Below are positions 24,715-36,177 of a stretch of 64,000 bases of DNA, one piece after another (the first letter of the stretch is position 1; the number at the start of each line of letters is the position of its first letter). This DNA is from Hyaloraphidium curvatum SAG 235-1 (taxonomy: Eukaryota; Fungi; Monoblepharomycota): assembly GCA_025558095.1 (NCBI GenBank), contig JAIVFI010000014.1:310001-374000 (forward strand), written 5' to 3'. Made by a program: the position numbers and the translations under genes. Under the pieces are notes generated by a model, which was not told where the DNA came from, made no database searches, and saw only the letters and a program-made list of their open reading frames with translations.

Positions 24715-25433
24715 ACCAAAGTCGCAGGCGATCGAACAGGGCAACGCACGGAAAAGTAGAGGGCGACCTTCTTCTTCTCATCGATCGAAATCAGGGTTGC
24801 GCACTCTTGCAGCGACGCGAGGTTGAGGGGATCAAGGTGCGGAAAAGGCTGGTCATCGAGGAAGAGGCGGTAGCCGTCTCGAACTAGCTCGTGCGTCGTA
24901 GCTGCGGACGATGGAAAGAGAACGCGTAAGCAACTCATTTGGAACAAGAATCCACAGCAGATTTACTCACAGTGTCGGCCATGTCGCCCTTTCTTGGCAT
25001 CGATCGGCTTTGCCCGCGGCGGGGAGTTGGGTGGCGATCTGGGGCGTGCGGCGCGCCAGATGGGCTCAAACGCCTCCAGTTCGCGCGAAAATGGAATGGA
25101 AAACATACCTGCGGCGTGCGCGAGGCGAATCAGAACCGGTTGAGCCGTCGTCGTGGTGTCGCGGGCCCGCGGGTTCCGAGGCGGCAAGGTGAGCCCAGCG
25201 AAGGAGATCCGGGCCAGCGCACCATCACCTTATCGGATCGTTCTCCATTGCGTCGCCTCTCGGCGGTCACGAGCCCTGCGCTCGATGGGAAGCCGTGACG
25301 GGGCTGCCGCAAAGTCCGACCCCACCGTGGACGTGAAGATCGACGCCTCAACATCGCGTACCGCGCCGGAGTCCTCATTGAAGAGTCAAGCGAATGAGAG
25401 CAATGTACAAGGATTCTGTATTGCAACAACTGC

Positions 25434-26404
25434 TCATTTGTCGGGAATCTCAATCTCCCCACTTGCCACCTTCTCGGAAATGTCCTGCGGCGACTGGCCC
25501 TCGACGGTGCACCCGACGGCTGTGTTGGAAGAAACCTGCGTCAGAATCAAGCCACAGAAGAGCAAACGGGCAACACGTGCAGAATGCCGTCCCCAAAATC
25601 TCCCTAACAGTGCCCCTCATCTCCTTCGCCATCGACTTTGACCGCATCTTCCGCGCGACCTCGATGATCTCGTTCAGGGTCAGGTTGCCGCTGTGTTTGA
25701 CTGCGCCGCGTCAGCAACCCTAACCCGCACGGGCAGCAGGTCAACCCACTGTTCTTCTCCTTCTTCTTATCCCGCGGCGGCTCCTTGAGCGCCTTGATCA
25801 CGAGCGAGCTGGCCGAGGGCACGACCTCGATCTGGGCCTGACGGTTCTGGATGATGAGCTTGACCGTCACCCGGAGCCCCTTCCAGTCCTGCGTGGCCTT
25901 GGCAATGTCGTCGCCGACCTTCTTCGGCGACTGCGGTCGTGAAAGACGGGGTGGGGGGGTTTCCCTGGTGAGTGGCCGTCCTCGTCCGCGTTGCCGGCAT
26001 GCGACCCACCAGACCGAGCGGGCCGATCTTCGGGGCCAATGCGGAACCACCGGGTGCTTCACCGCCGGTGGTCCGGAGCATGACTGGGGAGAGGTGCAGT
26101 GCGGTGCGGGAAAGAGGTGGGGAGAGGGGATAGGGGTGGGAGAAATCGTCGGTGAGCCCATGATGTCCTCCGGCAGCAGCCTCCAAGCCCAGAATAGCCG
26201 TCCAATGATGCGTCGATACGGAATGCGGCCGACCGTAGGCCCTTCCGCAGCCCCAAGATGCCCCAGGTGTGCCGGAGAAGCGCGGTACGGAGCATGTCCG
26301 CGGGACCACCTCCAGCTCCGCATCGCCCCCGCCCGCCCCTCCCATCCCCTCCAGATGTGCTGCTCACCAGTCTTGATCTCATTGGCGTCGGCCTTCGGCG
26401 GCAT
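25434..26404 (-). CDS. RPL12: 60S ribosomal protein uL11 (L12), 5 exons, last intron GC-AG
   Basis: [23 protein letters not shown]|[25 protein letters not shown]...[21 protein letters not shown] and EILGTAFS|[27 protein letters not shown]. Confidence 0.97.
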
Positions 26405-26820
26405 CGCGGCGTCGGCTGTCAGAAGGTGGTTAGCGTCGGTTCGACTTCTCGTGCCCAACCCCGCCCGATATCCAGAGATGAAGAACCACGCCCACGCCAG
26501 GGCACGAACGGCGAGCAATGGCCGCGAGTTCGGTCTCCAACACGCGCCACAGCCACGATGGCCGCCGAGCACGCCAGCAGCGAGCTGCTCCAGAGAACCG
26601 GTCGGAGGAGACCTGCCCTCCAGTCCCCGGCGACCGCCACTGCCAGCCGACCGAAGCTCCTCGGTTCCCGAAACACCCCGCCCAATGCCCACGATGCTCA
26701 CGAAGTCAGGAAGGCCGTGGGAGAGGAGTCGGGACGCGCGAGATGCGGGGCTACAACACACGCTGTGAACCTTCGAGTTTCCGGTAAAGGGTTACGCGCA
26801 TTTGCCTTCCCCCTTTCGCA

Positions 26821-27649
26821 ATGCGACTACCGCCGACGGCGTCCTTTGTCCGGCACTGTGGGTCTTCTCTTTCCGCTTTCCATCTTTCCAGCTCACGCGA
26901 TGCCCGATGCGACGCGCGCCCGGTCGCCGATTCGCTGCCGCGCCGGCCCCTTCCCTCTCCCCGACGCCCCAGATGCCACGGTCAACGGCCGCATCTCTTC
27001 CGAGCGGGCGCAGCAGCTCCTCGCTACGCCGCGGCTCAACCGCAGCTCCCGCCCCTTCCCCACGGACAAGGTGTTCAAGTACGAGGTGTACTCGGAGCTG
27101 CTCGCGAACCGCGAGGTCTTCCTCGTGCAGCGCATGAACATGGGGATCCGGGACTGGGCGGCGTTCCGGGCATCGTGCGAAAAGGACAGCTTCCGGGCGC
27201 AGGTGGTGCAGACCAAGATATTCCGGGCGCTGCTGCGGGACGAGGCCAAGGCCGGCCGGCCCGAGCTGGTGGAGCTGGAGCCGTTCCTGTACGGGTCCAT
27301 CGCGGCGGTCGCAGCGAGCCCCGGGCCGGAACAGGTCGGGGAGAGCCTGGTGCGGCTGCTGAAGATCCTGAACGCGGACAGGAAGGCGCTGCTGCTGGGC
27401 GGCAAGATCGACTCGGGGGTCTACTCCACCGACGAGATCCTGCGCATATCGAAGCTGCCGCCCATCGCGGACATGAGGGCCGAGCTGCTCGGTGTTTTGG
27501 AGCAACCGGCGAGGAAGCTACTGGAGCTGCTGGGGACCCAGCAGGGCCAGGTCGTGGCGCTGCTGAACCAGCACACGGCGTCGACGGGGTACCAGCTCGG
27601 CAAGATCCTCGAGATGCAGGAGGAGCGGCTGAAGGGGCAGGCATCCTGA
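26821..27649 (+). CDS. Mitochondrial ribosomal protein uL10m, 2 exons
   Basis: Presequence-like MRLPPTASFVRH|YAT via intron 26858-26972. L10 motifs VVQTKIFRALL and LLLGGKIDSGVYSTDEILRISKLPPIADMRAELLGVL. Confidence 0.85.
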
Positions 27650-27672
27650 AACCGCCATCCGATGTAACGGGG

Positions 27673-28514
27673 TCATCGGGGGGGCACGCGGTGCTGGATC
27701 GATTTTGGGTCCGGCACGCGGAGGTCGACGAGCCTGGTGTACGCGTCAGCGGGTTGGCGGCCGCGAACACGATTCCAATGACGGAAACGCACCCGGAGAG
27801 GAATCCCGCCAGGGTCTGGAGCCTGCGCTCCATCTGGGGCACCTCGGCCAGCGGGACGTGCGGGGCCACGGCCTCGATGACCCAGTACCGCGGGTCCAGG
27901 ACCGTCGTCGCGTCCACGTTCATCGGCTTCAGCACCTGCGGGCGGTTTGGACGGGCAGACGCAGTTCAGGCCCTCGTCCGCAGAGAGCCAAGGCCTCGGA
28001 AACGCACCCTATAGGTCTGCGTGACGGTGACCCTGATCACGTAGTCCCACGTGAACGCGTAGCCCCTCCTCGTAAAGTCGAACATGTACTTGAAACCGAG
28101 GGCGGCGACGAGCTCGAAGACGCGGCCCTTTACGGCGGCCGAGGCCACGGCGCGGACCACGCAGGCGGGGTTGCGCGGGTCCGGGTTGCCGTACGACGAC
28201 ATGCGCCACTCGCGGGCATTGAAGTCGAGCACGCGCTCGTGCGTGCGCGAGTCGATGACCGACGAGCGCAGCCGCAGCATGGTGTCCTCCAGGCGTGCCC
28301 CCTCCTCCCTCTGCGCGGGGGCCGCGGGCACGAAGACGGCCTCGTGCTCCTCGAAGTCCGGACTGCCGAGCACGCCGCGCCGCACGTCGCCGCACAGCGC
28401 GACGAGGCGGTCGAGCAGGACGGCGAGCGCGCCGTCCCCGACCAGCCCGTACAGCGAGCACTCGACGGAGGCCGTGCTCCCGGCGGCACCCGACGCCGAT
28501 GCGGGCTGCGCCAT
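27673..28514 (-). CDS. MED18: Mediator subunit Med18 (Srb5), 3 exons
   Basis: ECSLYGLV...LLDRLVALCG...FEEHEAVF and LGFKYMFDFTRRGYAF; spliced end FLSG|LVDLRVPD. Confidence 0.85.
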
Positions 28515-28656
28515 CGTGGGACCGCGGTGGCGGTGGTGACCGCGAGACACGCGAGAGCGCTGGAGGACGCGTCTCAGAGAGTGATGACTCAGAGGTCGCC
28601 CGCGCGGCCGCGCGTGTCCGATTCGTTGCGGCAGGCACCCCGCGCCACACGTCGAG

Positions 28657-30384
28657 ATGCGCGTGCCGTTCGCCGTTCTTCTCCCCGCGGTTCGGCCGCT
28701 CGCCGCGCTCCCGCGATGCGCCGCGCGCGCCCCGCTGGCCGAACTACGCGCGTCGCCGGCCGCCGCCGCGCGCCGCCCGGGACTCCGCGCGTTCGCCGCC
28801 GCCGCGCACCTTCCGCCCCGGACCGCCCCCCGCGGCGCGTTGTTCTCGGGCCTCCCGGTGCTGCGGGCCCCGTATGCGCGCCCGTGGGCCCCCAGGCTGC
28901 CCGGCAAGGCCGCCGCCACATCGCAGCTCGCGCGGCTGGCCACCGCCGCACACGCGGGCTCCGGGCACGGCACGCCCCCGCCCGTCGTCGGGTACTGGCT
29001 GCTGGCAAACGCCGCGCTCGTCTTCGGCATCGTGGTGCTCGGCGGCATCACGCGGCTCACCGAGTCGGGCCTGTCAATCACAGAGTGGAACCTGATCCGC
29101 GGCATGAAGTGGCCGAGCAGCGAGGACGAGTGGAACGAGGAGTGGCGCAAGTACAAGGAGACGCCCGAGTACAAGATGTGGGCCGCCTGCTCCAGCCGGG
29201 GCGACTCGGAAGTGAACACCCCGAACCCGCCCGCCCAGCCTGAACCACAGCATGAGCTTGAACGAGTTCAAGTCCATCTTCTTCTACGAGTGGGCACATC
29301 GGATGTGGGGCCGCTTCATCGGAGCTTTCTTCATCCTCCCGGCCGGCTACTTCCTCGCCCGGGGCCACCTGCCTGGCTCGACAAAGTGGCGGGTCCTGGA
29401 GATTGGCGCCCTGATCGGCTTCCAGGTCGGTCGCTCCCTGTGCGTGCTCCTCGACCCCGTCTCATCGCCGTCGCTCCTCCCTCCTCCCAGGGCGCGCTGG
29501 GCTGGTACATGGTCAAGTCGGGCCTGGACGAGCAGCACCTCGAGAGCCGCCCGATCAACACGCCCCGCGTCAGCCAGTACCGCCTCGCCGCCCACCTGGG
29601 CACCGCCTTTGTCGTATATGCCGCGTCCGTGATGGAGGGGCTGCGGATCCTGCGGGACAACAAGCCGCCCGATGTCCTCAAGGTGAACTTCTCACTTCCG
29701 CTAACCAGTTACGTCCCTGACTCGGCGCCTCAGAACATCGCGAGGGCGATATCCAACCCGCAGCTCTCTAGCTTCGCCCGCGCCTCGAGGTTCACTGCCG
29801 CGCTCACGTTCATAACCGTCCTGTCAGGTGAGGTGGCCCGCGGTCGCCAGCACGAAGGTGTCACTCACAACCGCTCTCTCGCGCAGGTGCCTTTGTCGCC
29901 GGCCTCGACGCCGGGCTGGTCTACAACGAGTGGCCTTGGATGGGCGGGCGCATCGTGCCGAGCGACCTCCTGGGGCTCACCGAGGTCGCCGAGAAGGAGG
30001 GGCGGGACTACCCGGCGTGGAGAAACTTCTTGGAGAACCCTTCGGCGGTGCAGTTTGACCACAGGATGCTGGTGGGTGGCAGCGCGCCTCGACTTGCCCG
30101 ACACTGTCCCTGAACGGCGCTCTACCGACGACCAGGCGTACACAACCCTGACCACCGTCTCCGCGCTGTGGCTCTACTCGCGGCGCCTGCCGCTGCCCCG
30201 CAACGTGCGGATCGCCGTCAACTCCCTCGTCGCCGTCGCGTACCTCCAGGCCACACTCGGCATAACCACCCTCCTCTACCTCGTCCCCGTGGAGCTGGCG
30301 TCGGCGCACCAGGCCGGGTCGCTTACGCTCTGGACCGTGGCCCTCTACCTCGCCCACGCGATGAAGCGGCTGCCCGTCAAGTAG
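28657..30384 (+). CDS. COX15: Heme A synthase, multi-exon
   Basis: [72 protein letters not shown] and ASAHQAG. Confidence 0.97.
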   Translation: MRVPFAVLLPAVRPLAALPRCAARAPLAELRASPAAAARRPGLRAFAAAAHLPPRTAPRGALFSGLPVLRAPYARPWAPRLPGKAAATSQLARLATAAHAGSGHGTPPPVVGYWLLANAALVFGIVVLGGITRLTESGLSITEWNLIRGMKWPSSEDEWNEEWRKYKETPEYKMWAACSSRGDSEVNTPNPPAQPEPQHELERVQVHLLLRVGTSDVGPLHRSFLHPPGRLLPRPGPPAWLDKVAGPGDWRPDRLPGRSLPVRAPRPRLIAVAPPSSQGALGWYMVKSGLDEQHLESRPINTPRVSQYRLAAHLGTAFVVYAASVMEGLRILRDNKPPDVLKVNFSLPLTSYVPDSAPQNIARAISNPQLSSFARASRFTAALTFITVLSGEVARGRQHEGVTHNRSLAQVPLSPASTPGWSTTSGLGWAGASCRATSWGSPRSPRRRGGTTRRGETSWRTLRRCSLTTGCWWVAARLDLPDTVPERRSTDDQAYTTLTTVSALWLYSRRLPLPRNVRIAVNSLVAVAYLQATLGITTLLYLVPVELASAHQAGSLTLWTVALYLAHAMKRLPVK

Positions 30385-30438
30385 TCCGCGACGATAGATG
30401 TCCGCCGATAGAGCAGAAGAAGAGACCCTCATTCCCAA

Positions 30439-31523
30439 TCACTTTTTGATCGCCTTGGCCGGCTTGCTCGCTCCGAGCTTCGCCACCTCCGCCGCATAGC
30501 CTCCAAAGTCGAACTCCTCCCCGAGCGCCTCGGCCAGCTGCCGCCGCTTCTCCTCCTCCTTCTGGAGCAGCCGGCCCACCAGCTTCTCCTGCTGCTCGGC
30601 GTCCCGCGGCTTGTTGTGCCGCTCCCGCTGGAGCTTCTGCCACGGGATCTTGGAGAACTTGCGGTCCGCGCCCTTCCACAGCTCGGGGTGGACCTTGGAC
30701 GGCTCGACGACATGGCCTGAAGGACGCGGGTCAGATGCTGCGAGGGCGCCAAGAGCTTCGCGTCGGCTCACATTTGAGGAGGTGCCCAAAGAGGAGGTAG
30801 TTGTCCATCGTCTCGGCCACGATCTTGGCGACCTCGGCACTCTTGAACTCGAGGAAGGCGTAGTGCTTGGAGCGCCCCGTCTGACGAAGGCACGACGTGT
30901 AAGCGGAATCCACCAGCGCGAAAGAGACGCGGCCCGACCTTCTTGTTCCTCGAAAGCCGAATATGGGTGATCTCGCCAAACTGCGCAAAGTACTCCTTCA
31001 TCTGCTCCTCATAGAAGCCGTGCGGGATCCTGCCGAGGTAGATGACGCCGGGTGTGGTCTGGGGAGCGGCATCAACGGGAATTCCGAATCAGCTGCGCGG
31101 GCTGCGCACCGAAGCGGACGATCCGAGGGACTTGATCCGCTTCTGCAGCTTCTCCTCGTCCTCGGGATCGAGGGCGATCGCGTCCGGCTCCTTGGCGGGC
31201 TCCACATCTTGCTGCTTCTTGGCTTTTGCAGCCTTTGCCTTTGCCTTGGGTGCTTCCTCGGGCTGAACATCCTTGGGCGCCCTCTTCGTCGGTTTCGGGC
31301 CCTCCGAGACCGTGCCGCCGGCGGTTTTGCGGGCCTTGGCGGCCCCTTTTGCTTCTCCGGCAGCGGCTACAGGTTCGGCGGGGGCGGTCTTTGCCGGCTT
31401 CCCCCTCTTCGCGGGGCCGGGGGCGGCCTCCTCGCCGGCCGCAGCGGACGATGCAACGGCCCTCTTGCGCTTCAGGGTCTGAGCCGGCGCCCCGTCGCCC
31501 GAGCGTGCGCGTTTCCCGTCCAT
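30439..31523 (-). CDS. NOP15: Nucleolar RRM protein Nop15/NIFK, multi-exon
   Basis: [36 protein letters not shown]|[12 protein letters not shown]...[17 protein letters not shown]; K/A-rich N-terminus. Confidence 0.93.
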
Positions 31524-31804
31524 TTCGAATTTGTTGTTTGCTTGATCGGCCTAGACTTTTCCCTTGTCGACCGATCTCTCCACGGAAAATCCGCCTTAGG
31601 TGGGACCTTGCGCACGAAGTTGTGCTCCACGTCCCGACCGCTCTTTGCACGCGATTGCCGACGCGGTCGGGCCGGAAACTTCGCCCGCGCACCGCCGCGG
31701 AGACTTTGGCACGGACGCGGGGCCGAGCGGGCCGCGACTAGCTGCCTGGTCGCGAGAGGGCGCCGACCGTAGCCGCGGGCCGCTCTGCTCGCGCGCCGAA
31801 CATT

Positions 31805-34800
31805 ATGGTCATGCTGTCTTCGGCTGCAGCGCCCGCAGCCAATGGCGCGTCGCCGCTGGTCGCCCAGGGCACCGCCCTAATGGCCAGCTTGGAGGGCGGA
31901 CAGGATCTGGACGTCGGGGTGCTTGACAGCGTTGTGTCGACCTTCTACAGCGGGAGGAATGCGGAGGCGAGTCGACCTGCCGACGGCGTGGAAGGAGGTC
32001 CCGAGGGCGCTAGAGAACGCCCCGGGGCCGTCCCGACCTCGCCGACCGCGCGGACCGGCTCTGACGCCCGACGCCCCGCACGCCTCAGGACCAGAAGCTC
32101 GCGGGGAACATCCTGACGCAGTTCCAGGAACATCCGGAATCGTGGTCAAAGGTCGACAAGGTCCTGGAGACGTCGCGGGTGGACGCCACCAAGGTCGGTG
32201 GGCTGCGCGCGACGGTGCCGAACGTCGGTTGAACCTTGGTCCTCCGACGCCCCTCAAGTTCATCGCGCTCCAGATCCTGGAGAACCTGATCAAGACGCGG
32301 TGGAAGATCTTGCCTCCGCCGCAGCGCACAGGTCGGTGGCGGCTTCCATGGGCGCGCGTTGCGGGGTGGTGAACCGGCTGCCTTTCCAGGCATTCGGGAG
32401 TTCATCGTGAACGTGATCATCAAGCACTCCGCGGACGACGAGTCGCTGCACAAGCAGAGGACGTACCTCAGCAAGCTGAACATGGTCCTGGTCCAGATCC
32501 TGAAGCAGGAGTGGCCTCACAACTGGCCGGACTTTATTCCTTCGATCGTGGCATCCAGCAAGGCCAATCTCTCCCTCTGCGAGAACAACATGGCCATCCT
32601 CAAGCTCTTGAGGTGCGCTTGCAACGGCGCGGCGGCGTGAGCGGTGGTCTGACGGCCTTTTGTCCAGCGAGGAGATCTTTGACTTTTCGGCCGAGCAAAT
32701 GACTCAGCAGAAGACGAAGAACCTGAAGCAGCAGATGTGCGGGGAGTTTTCTGAGATCTTCACGCTTTGTCACGCCGTTTTGGACAAGGCGACGAAGCCG
32801 AGCCTCATCCGCGCGACGCTGGAAACGCTGTTGCGGTTCCTCAACTGGATCCCCCTCGGCTACATCTTCGAGACCAACATCGTCGAAGTGCTGCACAACC
32901 GGGTTCGTGTGGTGCCGTGGCGCAGTCTTCCTTTGTGCTGACCGCCTGCTCCCAGTTCTTCAGCGTACCCGCGTTCCGCAACGTGACGTTGAAGTGCCTC
33001 ACAGAGATCGGGTCGCTTGCGGTGCCGGAGCAATACGAACCGCAGTTCGTGGTCCTCTACGAAATGGTCATCACCAGCATCATGAAGACGATTCCCGTCC
33101 AGACCGGTTGGTGTTCGGCAGGCTTCTGTTGCCTTTAGGGTCTTGACAGGCGTGCCACCAGACCTTGCAGACATCTACGAGAACGCGAACGACGACGACC
33201 AGCAGTTCATTCAGAACCTGGGCTTGTTCCTCACGTCCTTTTTCTCGCAACATCTCGCCACTGTGGAGGGCAAGGGCAACAACGAGCTGCTCATCAACGG
33301 CCACTGGTACCTACTCCGCATAACGTTGGTCAAGGAGCGCGAGGTGTTCAAGGTCTGCCTGGACTACTGGTACACTTTCGTGGGTTCCCCATCCTCGGGT
33401 GGACGCGGTGCCTCGCTCACTCGCTTGCTTCCCTCCAGGTGCAGAAGCTGTACGAAGAGTGCCAGAATGTTCCCCTCGGCGACATTCCCCTCCTGAACCT
33501 CACCCCCGGTGCGCTCGCTCCTTCCAGCATCCTCTCCAGTCTGCCGGTCCGCCGCAACCGCTACATCAACATCCTCTCAGCATTGCGGACTGCGTTCATC
33601 GAGCGGATGGTCAAACCCGAGGAGGTGCTGATCGTCGAGAACGACGAGGGCGAGATCGTCAGGGAGTTTGTCAAGGAGAGCGACACGATCCAGATCTACA
33701 AGTCCATGAAGGACGTGCTGGTGTTCTTGACGCATCTCGACAGCGACAACATGGAGAGCATCATGTTGGACAAGCTCAACAAGCAGGTCGACGGTTCCGA
33801 ATGGGGTTGGGAGCGGTTGAACCAGTGTGTATCCTTTTCGCAGTGCTGTTGCGGCTGTCCACTCAATCTCGTGTCTTTCCAGGCTTTGCTGGGCGATTGG
33901 GTCGATCAGCGGCGCGATGCCCGAGGATGTTGAGAAGCGCTTCCTTGTGACAGTCATCAAGGAGTTGCTCGGGCTGTGCGAGATGAAGCGCGGCAAGGAC
34001 AACAAGGCCGTCGTCGCCAGCAACATCATGTACATCGTCGGCCAGTATCCTCGCTTCCTGAAGGCACACTGGAAGTTCCTGAAGACCGTCGTCAACAAGC
34101 TTTTCGAATTCATGCACGAGACCCACGAAGGTTCGGAATGAGCTTGGGCTGCGACACGAAGGGAATCTCACTCTCGGACTTTTCGTGGACAGGTGTCCAA
34201 GACATGGCATGCGATACATTCATCAAGATCGCACAAAAGTGCAAGCGCCACTTCGTCATGCAGCAGGCCGGGGAGGTCCAACCGTACATCGAGGAGATCC
34301 TCACGACGATCGATCAGATCACCTCGGACCTCGCACCGCAGCAGGTGCACACCTTCTACGAGGCCGTGGGCTACATGATTTCCGCGCAGCCGCACAAGAT
34401 TCAGCAGGAGCGGCTGATCATCAAGCTCATGGAGCTGCCCAACGTCGCCTGGGACAACCTGATCGCTCAGGCGGCGCGGGATATCGGCGTGCTCAACAAC
34501 CCCGACAACTTGAAGGTCCTGGGCAACATTCTCAAGACGAACGTTTCCGCGTGCACCTCCGTCGGGGCACCTTTCATCGTCCAGCTCGGCCGCATCTACA
34601 TGGACATGCTCAGCCTGTACAAGGCTGTGAGCACCCTGGTCTCGCAGGAATGTGCCGAGAAGGGCGCGATCGCGACGCGGACTCCTAGGGTTCGGCAGCT
34701 CCGGACGATCAAGAAGGAGGTCCTGAAACTCATCGAGACCTACGTGGCCCGCGCGGACGACCTCCGGACTGTGATGGACAATATGATCCAACCGTTGTTG

Positions 34801-35952
34801 GAGGCGGTCCTGATGGACTACAAGTCCAACACGGAGCCTGCGCGGGACGCCGAGGTGCTGAACGTCATGGCGACGATCGTCTCGACCCTCAAGGTGGAGC
34901 CGCAGTCGAGCAATATTTGCCACGTTGAAGCTGATAGCTGTTGCAGGCACTCATCACGGATCGCGTGCCGAGCATCCTCGACGCGGTGTTCGAATGCACC
35001 CTGGGGATGATCAGCAACGACTTCGAGGAGTACCCCGAGCACCGCGTGGGCTTTTTCCGGCTCATCCGCGCCATCAATCAATTCTGCTTCGACGGTGCGG
35101 TTTCGCGAATCTGACTTTGTGCGTGCCGCTCATTCGTCCTTCGCAGCGCTGTGGAGGATGCCCGTGGCGCAGTTCAAGCTCATCATGGACAGCATCATCT
35201 GGGCCTTCAAGCACACAATGCGGGATATCGCCGAGATGGGGCTTGCGACGTGCCAGGAGCTCATAAGCAACTTCACGCACATGGCGCCGGATGTGAAGAA
35301 CCCGTTCTTCAACGCCTTCTACCTCAGCACCCTGCAGGATATCTTCTTTGTCCTCACCGACACGGCGCACAAGTCTGGTGAGCTCTTGTTGCCAATTTTT
35401 CGTTGGGCCAGGCGCTGAACCGCCGTCCAGGGTTCAAGTACCAATGCCAGGTGCTCGCCCAGCTCTTGCAGCTCGTGGCCACCAACGAGATCACCATACC
35501 TCTTTACCAACCGGGGCAATCGTCCAACCCCAACGCATCCAACGCCGACTTTGTCGCCGAGTACATCATGAACATGCTCGCCGCGGCGTTTAACCATCTC
35601 CAACCGTGCGTGTTGTTCGCACGGACTCGTTTCCGCTCGACTGACCGTGCCCTGCTCAGCGTGCAAATCAAAGCCTTTGTGGACGGCATGTTCCGGCTCT
35701 ATCCGGACCAGAACGCATTCAAACTGCACGTTCGCGACTTCTTGATCCAGCTCAAGGAGTTTGCCGGCGACAACACCGACCTGTTCCTGGATGAACGAGA
35801 AGCGGAGGCAGAGCAGAAGCGAAAGGAGGAATTGGAGACGCGATTGAAGATTCCGGGACTCGTCAAACCCATGGACCGGTAAGCGCATTGCTGTTCGCCG
35901 CGAGACTCCTGGCTTACCTGCTGGCAGTGTTGACGAGGGTATGCTTGATTGA
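31805..35952 (+). CDS. CRM1: Exportin-1, many exons
   Basis: [100 protein letters not shown] and [10 protein letters not shown]. Confidence 0.98.
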
Positions 35953-36177
35953 TGAGTAATACATCATTGTAAATAGACAGATCGATGATGCTGGGCCGGT
36001 CTGGATCGGAAGTCGAAAGATTGGAGATGCTCGCTGTGATGAGTGTAGTGGCATCACGGCAGCCCTCCTCGACGGAAAGACACCCTGTCCAAGTTGGCCG
36101 CGTGCAAGAGAGAACGGCCTGCCGAGCTCGCTACGTTCCCATCGTCTCCGCCGAAGCGTCGCCCGGGGGATGAGGCG

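Noticed and set aside
25434-27649. uL11 next to uL10, reminiscent of the bacterial rplK-rplJ cluster
   Set aside because: One is the cytosolic eukaryotic RPL12 and the other is mitochondrial uL10m. They are divergent and intron-containing, so the adjacency is probably coincidental.
21762-30384. HEM3 and COX15 as a heme gene cluster
   Set aside because: They are separated by four unrelated genes and no other pathway members are present.
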